NCBI GenBank assembly: GCA_001662655.1
Contig: KV460258.1
Direction: 5' to 3' (one strand)
DNA from: Pseudogymnoascus verrucosus
Taxonomy: Eukaryota
DNA length: 64,000 nt
Positions 25,632 to 38,572 of this stretch are shown piece after piece. A program made the translations under genes and the position numbers. Position 1 is the stretch's first letter. Each line of letters starts with the position of its first letter. The notes beneath the pieces are model-generated. The model was given only the letters and a program-made list of their open reading frames with translations, searched no databases and had not been told where the DNA came from.

Positions 25632-26582
25632 CTAGCTGCTTAACTTGTCAAATAATCTGACCAGACCCATCGCTGCTCCCGCTGCTGCGCTACCCACCAA
25701 CACCATCTGTCCCGCTCCCCATAGGCCCTTCTTCACATTACGTTTTCCACGCCACCCGCACACAAAGCACGTTTTAGAATATCCAAACACAAACAGAGCT
25801 ACGATCATGACGCCAATTGACCACATGAGGCCCTTCATAACCTCATCCTCGGCAACAAACATGTAAGGCAGAAGAGGTAGGAAGCCGCCTGCGAAGTAGC
25901 ATGTGGCGATGGTAATAGCGCATGTGATTGCACGCGAGCTCGGCGGTTCCGGCTGCGTGTGTTCGAAAGCCATTAGGAAGTCGACGAGCTTGGGGGAGTC
26001 GGCGAGGTGAACAGCGAGACTGTCAATGAGGGGCGTGGGGATGTCATAGGCGGTGAAGATATCGGATACTGTTTCGGCGACGTTTTCTGGGTTCTTTGCT
26101 ATGCGAGCTTGTGTCTGTTCGACAGTAGCCTCATATGATTCTCTGCACGAAGAATTAATACCTCTATGGAATTGGAAAGACGAGAGTATTGCTTACCCTT
26201 CACTCACTGCACCCAGGTACCCACCGAGTCCCATTGAGATGGCACCAGCGATCAATTCTGCCATACCAGCAAAGATCACCGTCCTTGTGCCCAACGTCGA
26301 TAAGCCAGCCGTGAGGGCAAACGGAACCGTGAGACCATCAGACAAGCCAATAATGGCATCCGATATGATTCTGGGATCTATTTTGAAGTTGGGTCCCATG
26401 AGAGGTTGACTTGCCGCAGGAGTTGGCCACATCATCTCCAAATCGTCACTGCCCCGTGATGACTCGCCCTTGAACTCTGCCATTTCATCGTTTGGGATAG
26501 GCTTGAAAGCGGCACTATCCGAGTTAGTGAACCAGCGAGATTCCGAGCGTTCTTTGGAGGAGCTGCGCTTGAAGAAGGACAT
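25632..26582 (-). CDS. CCC1: VIT1/CCC1 family vacuolar iron/manganese transporter
   Basis: ISDAIIGLSDGLTVPFALTAGLS, AGMAELIAGAISMGLGGYLGA, LVDFLMAFEH, YFAGGFLPLLPY, LFVFGYSK. Intron about 26143-26197. Confidence 0.88.
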
Positions 26583-27224
26583 GATGGAGTTTGGTGACGA
26601 GAAAGCGAGCGTTTGCGAAGACGAGAGTTATAAACTGCCCTTAAACACTGAAACACTGGAAGCAAGGACGGTCATAATCGAATCTAGAAAAAAGAGTCGG
26701 GGCGAGGTAGAACAACATCAATTGCAACAGCACACGACTGATTAGCCTATCGTTGCTTGGAACTCCGAACACCCCGCGCCATCCAGCCAATCTGCGTCAT
26801 GGCATTTCAAAGTTCCACTGGCTTCCTTGCCTCGTTGTGCCACCGTGCACATACTGTAATAGCTTCGTTAAGTCCAACATTTTCTGTTGAGACAGCACAT
26901 CCCATGTGTATCAATCCAACACCTGGGATTGGCCGAGGAGGAACCACATTGGAGCTATAGCTAGTAGCTAGGAAATAAGGAAATACGAAATATGCACCTA
27001 GCAGCGATGGCGTTCAGTGTACGTTACATTGCCCCAGCATTAAACGCATGGAATACACCGAAAGCGGGATGTTAGGGCTGGTTGGAAGCAACAATCGTTC
27101 CGTTGGTGCTGGTTGCTGACATTTGAAGTTGTTCGGTGCTAGGTTCTGCCGTTCCTTCCGCCACCCGCCCTGCCAATACCTGCCAATAAGCTGGGCGCAA
27201 GGGGAACGTGTGTCGCCAAGCCGC

Positions 27225-27300
27225 ATTTTTAGTGATTTTAGTGATTTTAGTGACCTTTAGTGTCTTTAAGTGTCTTTTAGTGTATTTTGGCGATTTTAGT
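27225..27300. repeat. Degenerate 9-10 bp tandem repeat (TTTTAGTGA)n, about 8 units
   Basis: ttttagtga ttttagtga ttttagtga cctttagtgt ctttaagtgt cttttagtgt attttggcga ttttagt. Confidence 0.8.
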
Positions 27301-28114
27301 TGCAGGGACCACCAGGAACAAGCATCTCTTGTCCAGCGACGACGGGGGCCACTTAGGCTTATCGCTAACATCGCTAAGACGGCAAATGCAAACGGCGATC
27401 TCTTGGAAGAACAGAAAGTTGGCGCTGATTGGCGTCGAAAACAGCCTGGTCTAACCCTTAGGAGTTCCTGTAACCCGGTTGTTCCTGGACGGTGAATCGG
27501 TGGCAGACCGCTGCTGTGCACACGTGGGGTGTCATATCCATTCTTACCCCCCACCAGCACTTTCCGTGCGGAGAAGCATACATCATTGAGGTTATCGTTG
27601 ATTTTCGTGCTAAGCTACCCCACCTTGACGTTTTTCTTACTTGCGCCGCGCTCGTTCCAATTCCTAGTCCTGGAAGCTGCAGATCGTATGTACAGTAAGA
27701 TGCGATCGTCGGTTGCTTTGGTGCCAGTCGAGGCAGGTCCGTTGTAAACCCCCCGCAGGAGAACTCGGAGAGACAGTGTTGCTGCCGTGACGGGTGCGTG
27801 ATTTGGCAAATGATTGTCTTCGACCCAACCTCGTGTCTCCATTGATCGGCAACGTGTGGTTTCCTCGTGGTGATGTGAAAGGCAACGCATGCCGGGGTGG
27901 AAGCCGTGGAAGCCGGACTAGACTGCTTTGTGGAAGCTGCAATCGAACCTTGAAGGGACTCAACAAGACGGCAAAGCTCCGAGAGACAACGTAGAAAAAT
28001 ATAACAGAAGAGTTGCCAAGGAAGAGGGAATATAAGAAGCTTTGCCACCACTCACCTCTCTGATCAGTAAGAGTAGCCCCTTTGTTGCCTCCAATCCCAC
28101 ATAACTCCTCCAAG

Positions 28115-29529
28115 ATGCGATCAACTACAGTCTTGAGCGTTGCGATCTTCGCGGCTTTGGGCCTTGCTGCACCTTCCAAGAATGGACCTGGATCTCCTGC
28201 GTCCATCAAGAACCTCAAGGAGAAGGTCAAGAATGTTGTCCACATCGTCATGGAGAACCGCTCCTTTGACAACTTGGTTGGTGGCCAGACCTTCACCAAG
28301 GACATTGACACTCCTGCCAACAACGGCCCCTTCTGCAACAAGGTCAACACTACGGATCCTCACTCCAAGACCTTCTGCACCCGGCCCAGGGATTTCGATT
28401 CGATCAAGGATGACCCGGATCACTCTGTCCACGGCAACAACTTCCAGTTATACGGCACATTCCACCCGAATAACGCGGATGTTGAGTCAGGAAAGCTGAT
28501 TGCTAACAACGCGGGCTACCTTGAGCAGCATCTGCGTTCCCACCCCAAGCTCACTGATCCGGATTACGCTGCCAGAGAAGTGATGGCGTATTACACTCAG
28601 GATCAGGTGCCTGTCGTTACTGAGCTCTGCAAGGAGTTCGTCACCTTCGACAAGTGGCACTCTTGCGTCCCAGGCGTATGTGATAATTATCTTTAATCGA
28701 ACAAGCTTGGACTTGCTAATGTGAAAGATAGCCAACCAACCCCAACCGCATGTGCATCCACACCGGTACTTCCGGTGGCCGCGGCACAAACGACAAGACC
28801 TTTGACCAGTCAACCATCACTGAGCGGAGTCTCTTCGAGCAGCTCTCTTCCCAGAACATCACCTGGATGAACTACGATGGCACGAACGGAGCCTTCAACT
28901 CTGACGCCAAGTTCTACCAATGGACCATTGCCAATGGCAAGGACAAGACCAATGTCAGGCCCCTCGAGAGCTTCTTCCAGGACGCCTACCTCGGAAAGCT
29001 CCCACAATACACCTTCATCAACCCTTCGTGCTGCGGCCTCGACACCAACTCCATGCACCCTACCGGTCCCATCTCCACCGGCGAGGTTTTCCTTAAGCAG
29101 ATCTACGACGCTGTCCGCGCGTCCCCACAGTGGGACAACATGCTCCTCGTCATCACCTTTGACGAGGCCGGTGGTTTCTACGACCACAGCGCCCCACCTA
29201 AGGCAGTCCGCCCTGACAACCTGACCTACACTGAGGCTACCCCCGACGGAAGCACATACACCCTCAACTTCGACCGCTACGGTGGCCGCATCCCAACCTG
29301 GATCGTTTCCCCTTACCTTGCGAAGGGACACGTTGAGCACGAGGGCGTCAACAGCGCTGGCAAGACTGAGGTCTACAGCGCCACCTCGGTGCTGCGCACC
29401 CTTGGTTACCTTTGGGACTTTGAGCCATTCACTCCCCGTGTTGAGGCATCCCCATCGTTTGACCATCTTTTCCAGAAGAGCAAGAACAATGCCGCTCCCA
29501 AGACGATGCCTATCCCCCGCGCGTTCTAG
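28115..29529 (+). CDS. Secreted phosphoesterase / non-specific phospholipase C family protein
   Basis: Signal peptide; VKNVVHIVMENRSFDNLVG, DDPDH, FDKWHSCVPG|PTNPNR, SMHP, LKQIYDAVRASPQW, ITFDEAGGFYDH, RYGGRIPTWIVSPY. Intron 28676-28731. Confidence 0.92.
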
Positions 29530-29633
29530 AGGGAGTGGAAATTGAAATAAATATGAATATTTAGATCAGTGATAATATATTTTTATAATTCGTTACTGCG
29601 CCAACTATCTTCCACTTAGAGCACTACTGCACA

Positions 29634-31495
29634 TCACACAGTCGAATTCCCCACTTCCTTAGCTTCCCCCGCCGCCGTCGCATCCTCCACTCTCCTCTCG
29701 TCTGCCATCTCCTTATCTGTAATCTCCCTATCTGCCATCTCTTGCTCTAACTTTCCATTCCCTCTCCTCGCTCCTACCTCTGCCAAGCTCATCCCTCCCC
29801 GTCTAAGCCTCTCAAACTCCAACGACGCCTCAGCCTCCTCTTCCCTCTCCGCCTGGCTCATCTCCGGGCCAATAAACAACATAAACGCGTCGTACGCCCA
29901 CACTGCACCCATGAAGATGCCAATGACCTTTGCGTAATCGAAGCGCGAGGCCTCGGTCGGGCTGGGCGGAAGGGGATAGCGTTGTCCGATGATGGCTTGG
30001 ATAGTGGCACTAGCAGAGGAGACGAGGTTGCCAAGCTGATATGTGAGGCCGACAAGGAGAGAGCGCAGTGCCGGGGGGGAGAGCTCCATAAGATGGATTG
30101 CTACCGGGCCTGTTAAGGGGGTTAGTGTCTAAGCCGTGTGTATGGGGAAGGAATGAGACTTACCCCAGATGCCTAGCACGAAGAACTGTTCGAAAAATGC
30201 GGAAGCGGCAAGATGGCTCCTGGTGTGTGGAAGGATATAAGCGGGGAGAATGGCACCGCCCATCACGGCTGCGGTCATCATGGTGAGGCGACGACCGGCA
30301 AAGGTGCTAACGTATCCGAGGACAGATGCGCCGATCGCGGCGCCGAGCTGGCCTACGACGGTGACGATTGTGATGTCGTTGGGGCTCATGCCGAGCTGCG
30401 ACTTTAGGAAGGTGGGGAAGAAGTCCTGGCTGCCATGAGTGGTGGCGTTGAGGCCTGACATAAGGACCACCATATAGATGATTAGGAACCACTAGGACAC
30501 ACTATTAGCACTCTCCAAGAGATAAACCATGGTAATGAGACTTACGTTATTCGCGAGCGCAATCTTGGCTTCCTTCCCATATGTGCGGAGAGCAGCGAAC
30601 TTCGACTCGCCGCCATTGGAGCCAGTGCTATGCTTAGCCTCGCGCTCTGCCTTTATGACCTGGAAGGCGTTGGTCTCGGGTGCGTACCATCGCAATGCGA
30701 TGATGAGGATGGGCGGACCGGCACCGAACCAGAACAGGCTCCTCCAGCCATTTGCTGTAGTCGGTACGAGCGCACGAGTGAAGACGGCCGCGAGGAGGTA
30801 GCCGATGGCGTAACCGGATAAGAAGATACCTGATAGGACTCCACGGGCGTCATAGGGGAGATCTTCCAGAGCCGTTGCAGCTGCGGGGCCGACAAGTCCT
30901 GGATATGTTAGTAATCTATTTTAATCAAAGCTGAGTTCAGGGGTCTTACCGCCCATGGCAATGCCATATAGAGCGCGGACGCCTAGGAACTGCGGCAGAG
31001 TATTGCAGAAGCCGGTGGCGAGCTCGAGGACGATGAACAGGAATAGATTGATCAGCATGGGCCACTTGCGACCATAGCGGTCGGATATAACACCGAAGAT
31101 TAACGCGCCCACGGATCGCAGCATCAGTGTAATAGTCTGAAGTCACTGTTAGAAGGCTCAAAGCGTGGCAAGTGGGAAGCATACAATTCCCCAAGACACA
31201 TCCGCCTTCGTCACTCCAAAGGCTTTTGAGATATCGGTGATAGTCAGCGAGACGGTAAAGAAGTCAAACGCGTCCCAGGTCCATGATATAAATCCGACGA
31301 TGAACATCAACCACTGGTGAGAATCGAGTTCGCGTAGGATGGTGATCGGGTTCCTGAGCTTGGTCATCGGTGGCTTTAGACTCGTTGGGCGCGTTATAAT
31401 GTAGCGGCCTATTTGGCTTGGGGAGCTGTCGCGTGTGTCAGTACTGCAAATGCGACATAGTTAAGAGCAACGAACTAGAACCACCCCGCAGCCAT
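29634..31495 (-). CDS. JEN1: MFS carboxylic acid:H+ symporter (Jen1 family)
   Basis: TRPTSLKPPM..L.NP, WTWDAFDFFTVS, TLMLRSVGALIFG..SDRYGRKWP, ALEDLP.DARG.LSG, HGSQDFFPTFL, PIHLMELSP..LRSL..GLTYQLGNL.SSAS. Five introns; alternative ATG at 31507. Confidence 0.88.
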
Positions 31496-33134
31496 GTGGT
31501 TCCTCATCGTCGCGTTTTTCAGTGTTAGTCACTCAGGGCAGATAGGGTAGAGGCTGAGTAGAGTTGTCGGCACGTAGGGAGAACGGCGTGTATTATAAAG
31601 TTCTATCCGGCGTCGACAATGCGGGGAGCACAAAGTAAGGTTCAGCTACGGCTACAGCAAAACAATCGCCGCAAGTCCGGGGCCCCGCGACTTCTAAATA
31701 CCTCAAAGGATGCGGTAAGCGAATTCGAACCGCCTTTGCTCCTTCCGCATCTGTGCAGATCTTTGTGGGGAGGACTCTATGATGTGGAGGAGTTCTTTGT
31801 GCTGTGCAGCGGCAAGAGTGATGATCACAGTATCAACGCGGCATGGAATGTGGATGTTCAGTACGGACCAGGGGATAGCGCAATGAGAGTGCGGTACAAT
31901 CCCGTCTTTCATGAGAAAATAATGAGTGTGCAGGCCACATCGTACGTTACGGGGCACACGTCCTACAGAAACTACCATCATGCATAGGGTGCTGGTACAC
32001 TGCAGCATGTTCAGCCAGGCTCTCTCTTGTCGGTGGGAATATACCGCGTTCACTGACGGCAGCGAGTGTTTCTCCCTATGGGCTGGAAATGTAGTTGCCG
32101 GCAGTGGTGAATAAGCAATTTTGGTCGATCTTGGCTAGTCAAGCCAGTTCACAACGGACCTTGAAGCCAATTGGCCGACGAACAGGCGCTAAGGACCTCC
32201 GTGCGGGGATTTATGACGGCCGCGGGGATACGATCTTGTTTACCCCGCACTTCAAGTCAGGGGCCATAAAATGTTGGTAGTGATCGGGATCTTATGGCTG
32301 GTAGCTTCCGATCCGCCGTCGTGAAGCTTTTTCTCGGCGACCGTCTGGCGCCCTTTGACGTGCCCCCAAGCCAGCTTTTTCGACGCCACAACCGATCTCT
32401 ACCGTCTTTGCGCATGTAATATTGCCAATTGCTCAACATAAGAGGCGCCAAGCCAACGATGGATCCTCCAACCGCATCCTTTCGACCGAATTGACAACCG
32501 GTTGTTGGAGAAAGTTTTGTGGGGTTCGGCCACGCCGACCAGACTTTGAGTCGATTCCGTATAGTCTAGAAACTTGTCTTCGATGAGGCTCTCTGGAGGC
32601 GTTGTGGGCTTCCAGTGTTGTGGTACCTCAGCTGCAGGTATAAGCCCTTGGTTTCGCCTTTGCCATTGAAAGCACGGGCTGTTTCTAGGTCTGGATTCAG
32701 ATGAGCGGCTTGTTGATTTCAAATAACGGTCCAAGACCACGAGGTCTGTGCAAACATCGTACGGGATCTAATCCAGGCCTGCTTTTAGGCCCAATGCGAT
32801 TCCTTAGATCATTGCATTTCCGCGGCCAGGGAATTCGACGGGAGTCGAGGGCGAATTGTTGCACAATCCCTGTCTATCAACAATCAGTATTGTCTCCGCC
32901 TCGGTGGCTGCTGGAGGGTATGTGTATCGTAGTATGTAGATCGTGAACTTTTATGTTGTGCGTTTATCTCCCGCGTTTGATGATAGCAACCCTCGAGTGC
33001 GGTTTTGGGAATTGTCAAAGTTGTGCATCATGGGTAGTAAGGTATAACCCTTGAATTATCCTCATAATGCCTCTCCATCCGTGGAATTGTGGAAGCATAA
33101 CTGTTAGGCCTAGTTTTGCTAGATTGGCTTTGTC

Positions 33135-33550
33135 CGAATATGGTAATACGTGATCCCTCACGAAAGTGGTCGCCGGCTTGGGCTCGATATCGTAACTTTC
33201 TGGCTTGCAGACATTTTAAACCTTTACTTTTCGGCCAATGGTATGCTGATAGATATTTCGTGAAATTCTGTCCGGTCTTGCTCGACTGAAGATGCGGCAG
33301 TAAGGCGACATCATGGCGAGTATCTGGTTAATGTTCGGTGATGCCCCTACGAAATTGTTCGCCGGCTTGAGTATTGTATCATAGCTTTATGATTTCCAGG
33401 CATTTTCAGGCCATTACTTGTTGGTCGATGATATGATGATGGATATTTCAAGAAATTCCGTCAGGTCGTATATAATAGAGATATGGCGAGTCAGCTATCA
33501 GCTTTACGGCGGCGGGTATATCCGGTTAACGTTTGGTGATTCCCGGCAAG
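33135..33550. repeat. Degenerate tandem repeat of about 170-180 bp (two copies plus a partial third)
   Basis: gtgatccctcacgaaagtggtcgccggcttggg...gatatttcgtgaaattctgtccggtc aligns with gtgatgcccctacgaaattgttcgccggcttgag...gatatttcaagaaattccgtcaggtc; atggcgagt...ggttaa.gtt.ggtgat starts recur at about 33313 and 33483. Confidence 0.6.
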
Positions 33551-34577
33551 CCGTTAACCACTTCTGCGTTCGTGATGCCACGCACATCACATCTGTTGAG
33601 TATTGCATGGTAACCTTCGATATCGGAATAGTAAGATGAAATTAAAATCCTCAAGATAAGTCTTAAAATTTTACAAATAGTGCGTATTATATTAGCTCCG
33701 GAATTCCGCGGCTACATGTTTCGGCAACAAACCCCCGCGACTAAACAGTCCGGCGTCTTGGTATTTCCACCACTCCGCAGAGTAACTTGCTGGAAGAAAC
33801 ATGCATTATAACTAAAAACCCTATTATTAGCGCTAAAATTCTACGATTAGAGCGTACTGGCAGGTGTGGTGACGTTTGCCATCAACGGTAGTTGCTCTTC
33901 GGCGAAGCTATTCGGCCTCGGCATTACGAGTCACCACTAAAAGATGACCATTTCGCCGAGTAGCGAATGGCGAGAGACAAAATGCAAATTAGAATCATCA
34001 CCCTGTCCATGCATCTCATATGGCACGTGTGCTGGACACGTCGATCGTAGCCTGTATAATTAAGCTTCAAGCTAAAAGGGTGCCTGAATACAGTAAGCGG
34101 GGAAGCGCTGAAACAACATCCCTCAATAACCAAAAGCCCAGCTCAGTTTCCGAGCAGTGCATACTGGCAAAAGTGGCCGCTATACGAGAAATGCCGTCTT
34201 TTGGATGCGCCGCCGACGACTACTTGACGCTAGCTAAAGGTGTCTTCGGGCAACGGGCCGAGTCAGGAAGCTCTGTAGTGATAGTAGTAACTATATGTCT
34301 GCGGTTACAGGGCGAGTGATAGAAACGGCCCGAAATGCTGCGGGGCTTATAGTTTGGTGTCACAATTAAGGGAAGTGAAGCTGTGAGTTGTTTTTCTATA
34401 CCCTCTGGTATATGTTTGGTTTCCTGTGGAGGACCTGGGGCTTGAGCTGAGATGCTTTACCCCTGAGACTTTGTTGGGAAGAGCTATATAAGTCCGCGTT
34501 TCTCCTGTCGTTATGATTCCCTTTTTTCAGTTTATTCTTCCTAGCATCTGCTACTTTTATATCATTATAGCGTTAAG

Positions 34578-36169
34578 ATGAAGTATCAAGGGATTCTGGT
34601 AGCTGAACTACTGACTTTTGTCTTTTCAACTGGTGTTGTGGGCGTGAGCTCACCAGCGTCCTGGGCTACATCGTCAGATGGAGTTTATAAGCTCTCATCT
34701 TTTGAGACACCAGTTAAGGGCGCAGGAAACCCAGGCAGCGGCTCGACCTGGGAACTCCAAGTTGATGATACTTCAAGTGGACACAAGCAATCTATTACTG
34801 GCTTTGGAGGTAACCTATCTAGACTCGTCCCGGCCTTTAGGATTTACTAACATCTCATAGCTGCTGTAACCGATGCCACCGTCTCTTCTTTCTCAGCCCT
34901 GTCGGAGTCGCAGAAAACAGCATTGCTGGCTGACCTCTTAACCACCTCCACTGACGACGGCGTCGCCTTCAGCCTATTCCGCCACACCATCGCCGCATCT
35001 GACTTATCGGGGAATGTCTATGCTTACTCTGATGAGGTAGATCCCGACCTCGCCAACTTCAATTTGAAGACGGAAGGTAAAGACATGGTCTCCTGGCTTT
35101 CCCAGTTTAAATCCATAAACTCGGCCATCAAAGTCGTCGGGTCCGTGTGGAGCCCGCCAGGGTGGATGAAGCTGAACGGTGTCATGGATGGGACGACTAC
35201 GAACAACAACCTCGATCACAAGTATGCTAGTCAGTTTGCACAGTACTTTGTAAAGTATATCCAGGCCTTCAAATCTGGCGGCGTTGATGTCGATGCGATA
35301 ACGATCCAGAACGAGCCACTGAATAGCCAGGCTGGGTACCCTACCATGTACGTCGCGGCGGATGAATCGACGTCGCTTATCCAGAATAACATTGGGCCGG
35401 CGTTAAAATCCGCGGGGCTTACGACGGAGATCTGGGCCTATGATCACAACACTGGTAAATTCGACCCTACGTAACAGAGCCAGCCATATAACTAATCATC
35501 CAAGATGTGCCGGCGTACCCGCAGGCCGTTCTCGACGGCGCGGGCTCCTTCGTCAACACGGTTGCCTGGCATTGCTATGCCGAAAACAATGACTGGGGGG
35601 TCCTGACTCAGTTCCACGAGAAGAACCCCAATGTAGCCCAGTATCAGACCGAATGCTGGACATCGCCTACAAACACCTGGTATAGCACCATTGACTTCGT
35701 CATGGGGTAAGCCAACCGCCTCCTCCTTTTATTACATCTCTAACTCTAATCTTCCAGACCGATGCAAAACTGGGCATCTGGTTCCATCGCATGGACCCTC
35801 GGCAGTGACACCAACAACGGTCCTCACCTCCCTGGCGGCTGCGGTGCCTGCCGCGGACTTGTCGTCGTCGATACCAGCGCAGGCACGTATTCCAAGACTC
35901 TAGACTACTACCTCATGGGGCAGTTCTCGCGCTTCGTGCCCCGTGGCGCGACGGCGCTAGCGACGACGGGAAGTACGGACTACGGCGGCGGACAGAAGTT
36001 TGAAGCGATGTCGTTTGTGGAACCAGATGGATCGAGAACGGTGGTTGTGCAGAATAATTTTGGAAACGAGGTTTTCCTTACTGTGAAGTTCAAGGGAGGG
36101 GAGACGTGGAGTGGGAAGGTGTATAAAGAGTCGTTGACGACTTGGCAGTTGCCGCCTGCGAGTGGGTAA
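34578..36169 (+). CDS. Secreted GH30 glycoside hydrolase, probable endo-beta-1,6-glucanase
   Basis: Signal peptide; HKQSITGFG|AAVTD, RHTIAASDLS, SVWSPPGWMK, AITIQNEP (acid/base), WAYDHN, AWHCY, YQTECW (nucleophile), YYLMGQFSRFV. Three introns. Confidence 0.9.
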
Positions 36170-36663
36170 GCGGGTGATGGGTAGGGGCTAGTAGCGGCTT
36201 TCGCCGGGCGAATTTCTAGTGGATTTTGGCCATAGCTATGGAAAGCAATCTAGAGTGTTTCACTTGTCGATTACTGTAAACTGGCTGTCAAAGAATGGAT
36301 ATTATGATCATACGGAGCAGGTTTTGGCCGCCCAAACATGTGGGTGATTAATACCTGGTTCTAGATTCGTTGTTGATAACCGAGGAACGGGACAGCTTAG
36401 TTCGGGTGGATCGCTGCGTCTTGTCCCCCACACTTCCCCCCGCACTTCATCTCAACCATCCCCACAACCCCAGCTTCAATTGATCTGGAGGTTTCTGGCG
36501 ACACGTGAATCCCGCTTGTCTATGCCTATCTTCATCATCGCTAATCGCTAACGTCCATCTGTATTTCGACCCTATCAACTCTACCTTACCAACTATCGCC
36601 GCTACTACTGTTGTTATCACCATCTATTCACACAGGGTACCTCTGTCCCAGGAGGCCTCAACT

Positions 36664-38202
36664 ATGTCGGAGAAGGCGTCGCGGTCGTCACGTGGCAAGG
36701 CCGAAGGGGCTGGGTCCTCGCGACAGAACTTGTCGGCGGCCCATCTGGAGAAGAGGAGGATGGCAGACCGGGAATCACAGAGAGCAGGCCGTGAGAGAAC
36801 GAAGAATCATATACGCCACTTAGAGAAGCTAGTCGAGTCTTTACAGAAGACGGAGGATAATGACAGACTGGGGGCACTCATGGAGCAATGCCAAGAGCTC
36901 CGTGGGCAGAATGAGCAACTAATGTCGGTGATATCCAATATCGGCAGGTTATGCAAAAGCATAGAGCACCCCGATGAGACTCGGGCACGGTCAGGCAGTT
37001 CACCAGGTGTCGCCTTCAAGGCATCCATGGAACCTGGTCTCCACCAGCAACCACTTCACACCGGAACCGCCGCAACAGATATGAGGCCTTCTTTTCCACC
37101 ACATGAGGGCCAACCTGAACCTTGGTGGCATCAGATTGGCTTGAGTGAAATGGAGGGAATGCACCAGGTGCCTATCAACCCCGTGCTATCCTCCATAGAT
37201 CCGTTGCTGCCAAACCCGAATTCGCCGATACAGGCACAAAGTCCTATTCAAACTCTCCACACAGTACCAAGGCCATTTCCCGCCCCAGAGATGCCCACCG
37301 AAAGTACAGCTGAATCTGTAAATAATATACTTTCCAAGGCTGAGTTGTTTACCGTTTTATCTACTCAACCGGACGAAGATACAGATATCGCCATTCGAGC
37401 AGTTCTGAATGGTTGGAATTCCGTAAAGCACACGGACTCCTTGGACGACGGCTGGGAGTCGATTAGCAAGGTAGACCAGCAAGCTTTCATCTCCTGTGGC
37501 CTTATCGAGAGGCTAGCTATCCTGCAAGTTATGAGACTAAAATTACGAGTATGTATCCCCCTTTTATTGAATTTAGGCTTGCTAACAATACGGGCTGAAG
37601 CATGTAGTTGATCCCACGAACGAAAATCTTGAGCGACTTCCAACGTTTATGCATCCGAGGTTTGCACAGACTGATCGTAAATCATGTTTTATGTTAGCTG
37701 ACGTTCCATTAGGCCAACTCAAAACCTAATCCAACATCCGACCATGGTTGATTATTTTGTGTGGTACGACCTCCTCCCAAGACTGCTATATAATCCAATT
37801 TATATATTAATAACATATAGGCCAGATCTACGAGACCTCCTTATACTGTCTCCGTACAAAAGCATGAAAAGTGCAGATGTTGTGAAGTTCGTTTCCATCT
37901 TCGTTAAGAGTATACGGTTCCAATGGCCATATGACCTGTGCGACTCCTTTACAAAGAATCCACACTCTGGTCTCTACGCATTTTCCGACACCTTCTGCAG
38001 ACAATTTGAAGATATCCGAAGTTGGATGTTGGATTCCGACTTTTTTGTAATGTGTCCGCAGATGATCGGTTATATTCCAATACACAACCCAGGCCCAGGA
38101 AGGGTTCTCGGCGGATTCTTAGATCAAGGACACTTTGAGCAAGAACAAGGGGCACGGAACAATACCGAGCCCGACTGGAGTGATGTTTTGATCCCGACAT
38201 GA
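36664..38202 (+). CDS. bZIP transcription factor with C-terminal DUF3425 domain
   Basis: LEKRRMADRESQRAGRERTKNHIRHLE basic/zipper region; spliced LP.FM.PRP.Q..I.HP..VDYFVW|PDLRD and W.LD.DFF...P typical of DUF3425. Three introns. Confidence 0.82.
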
Positions 38203-38572
38203 TCCTGACATGATCCAATGAATGAACCAAGTTTGTTCTTCGTGGAGGGATAATGTGACCGAACCGGTGATAGCCCCCTACGAGGGCTGACACACACACG
38301 CCCGGCCCATGGTGTTCATCGGACCCCCCAAGACGGGTGCAGGTGTTCAAGAACATGATTTTAGTATCAAGAGGCACCTAATTCGGGGGATGGGTGGGCA
38401 CCACTAGGGGGTCTTCTGTGAATATAAGGCGGTGGATTCGTCGAGCGTCCACGAAGGTCAGAGCTTCTCGGATGTAGGATTCTTGAAATCACGGAAGCAT
38501 CTACAACCAACTTAAAGCGAAAATAATACATCAATAGCTATATAACAATGTACAACTCTATATACTGACTGG

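Noticed and set aside
27225..27300. Possible interstitial telomeric repeat
   Set aside because: The unit is TTTTAGTGA, not TTAGGG.
27072..28051. 162-aa and 197-aa minus-strand ORFs
   Set aside because: Promoter region; partly opened by the simple repeat; no protein features.
28810..29466. 218-aa minus-strand ORF
   Set aside because: Antisense shadow caused by codon bias of the phosphoesterase.
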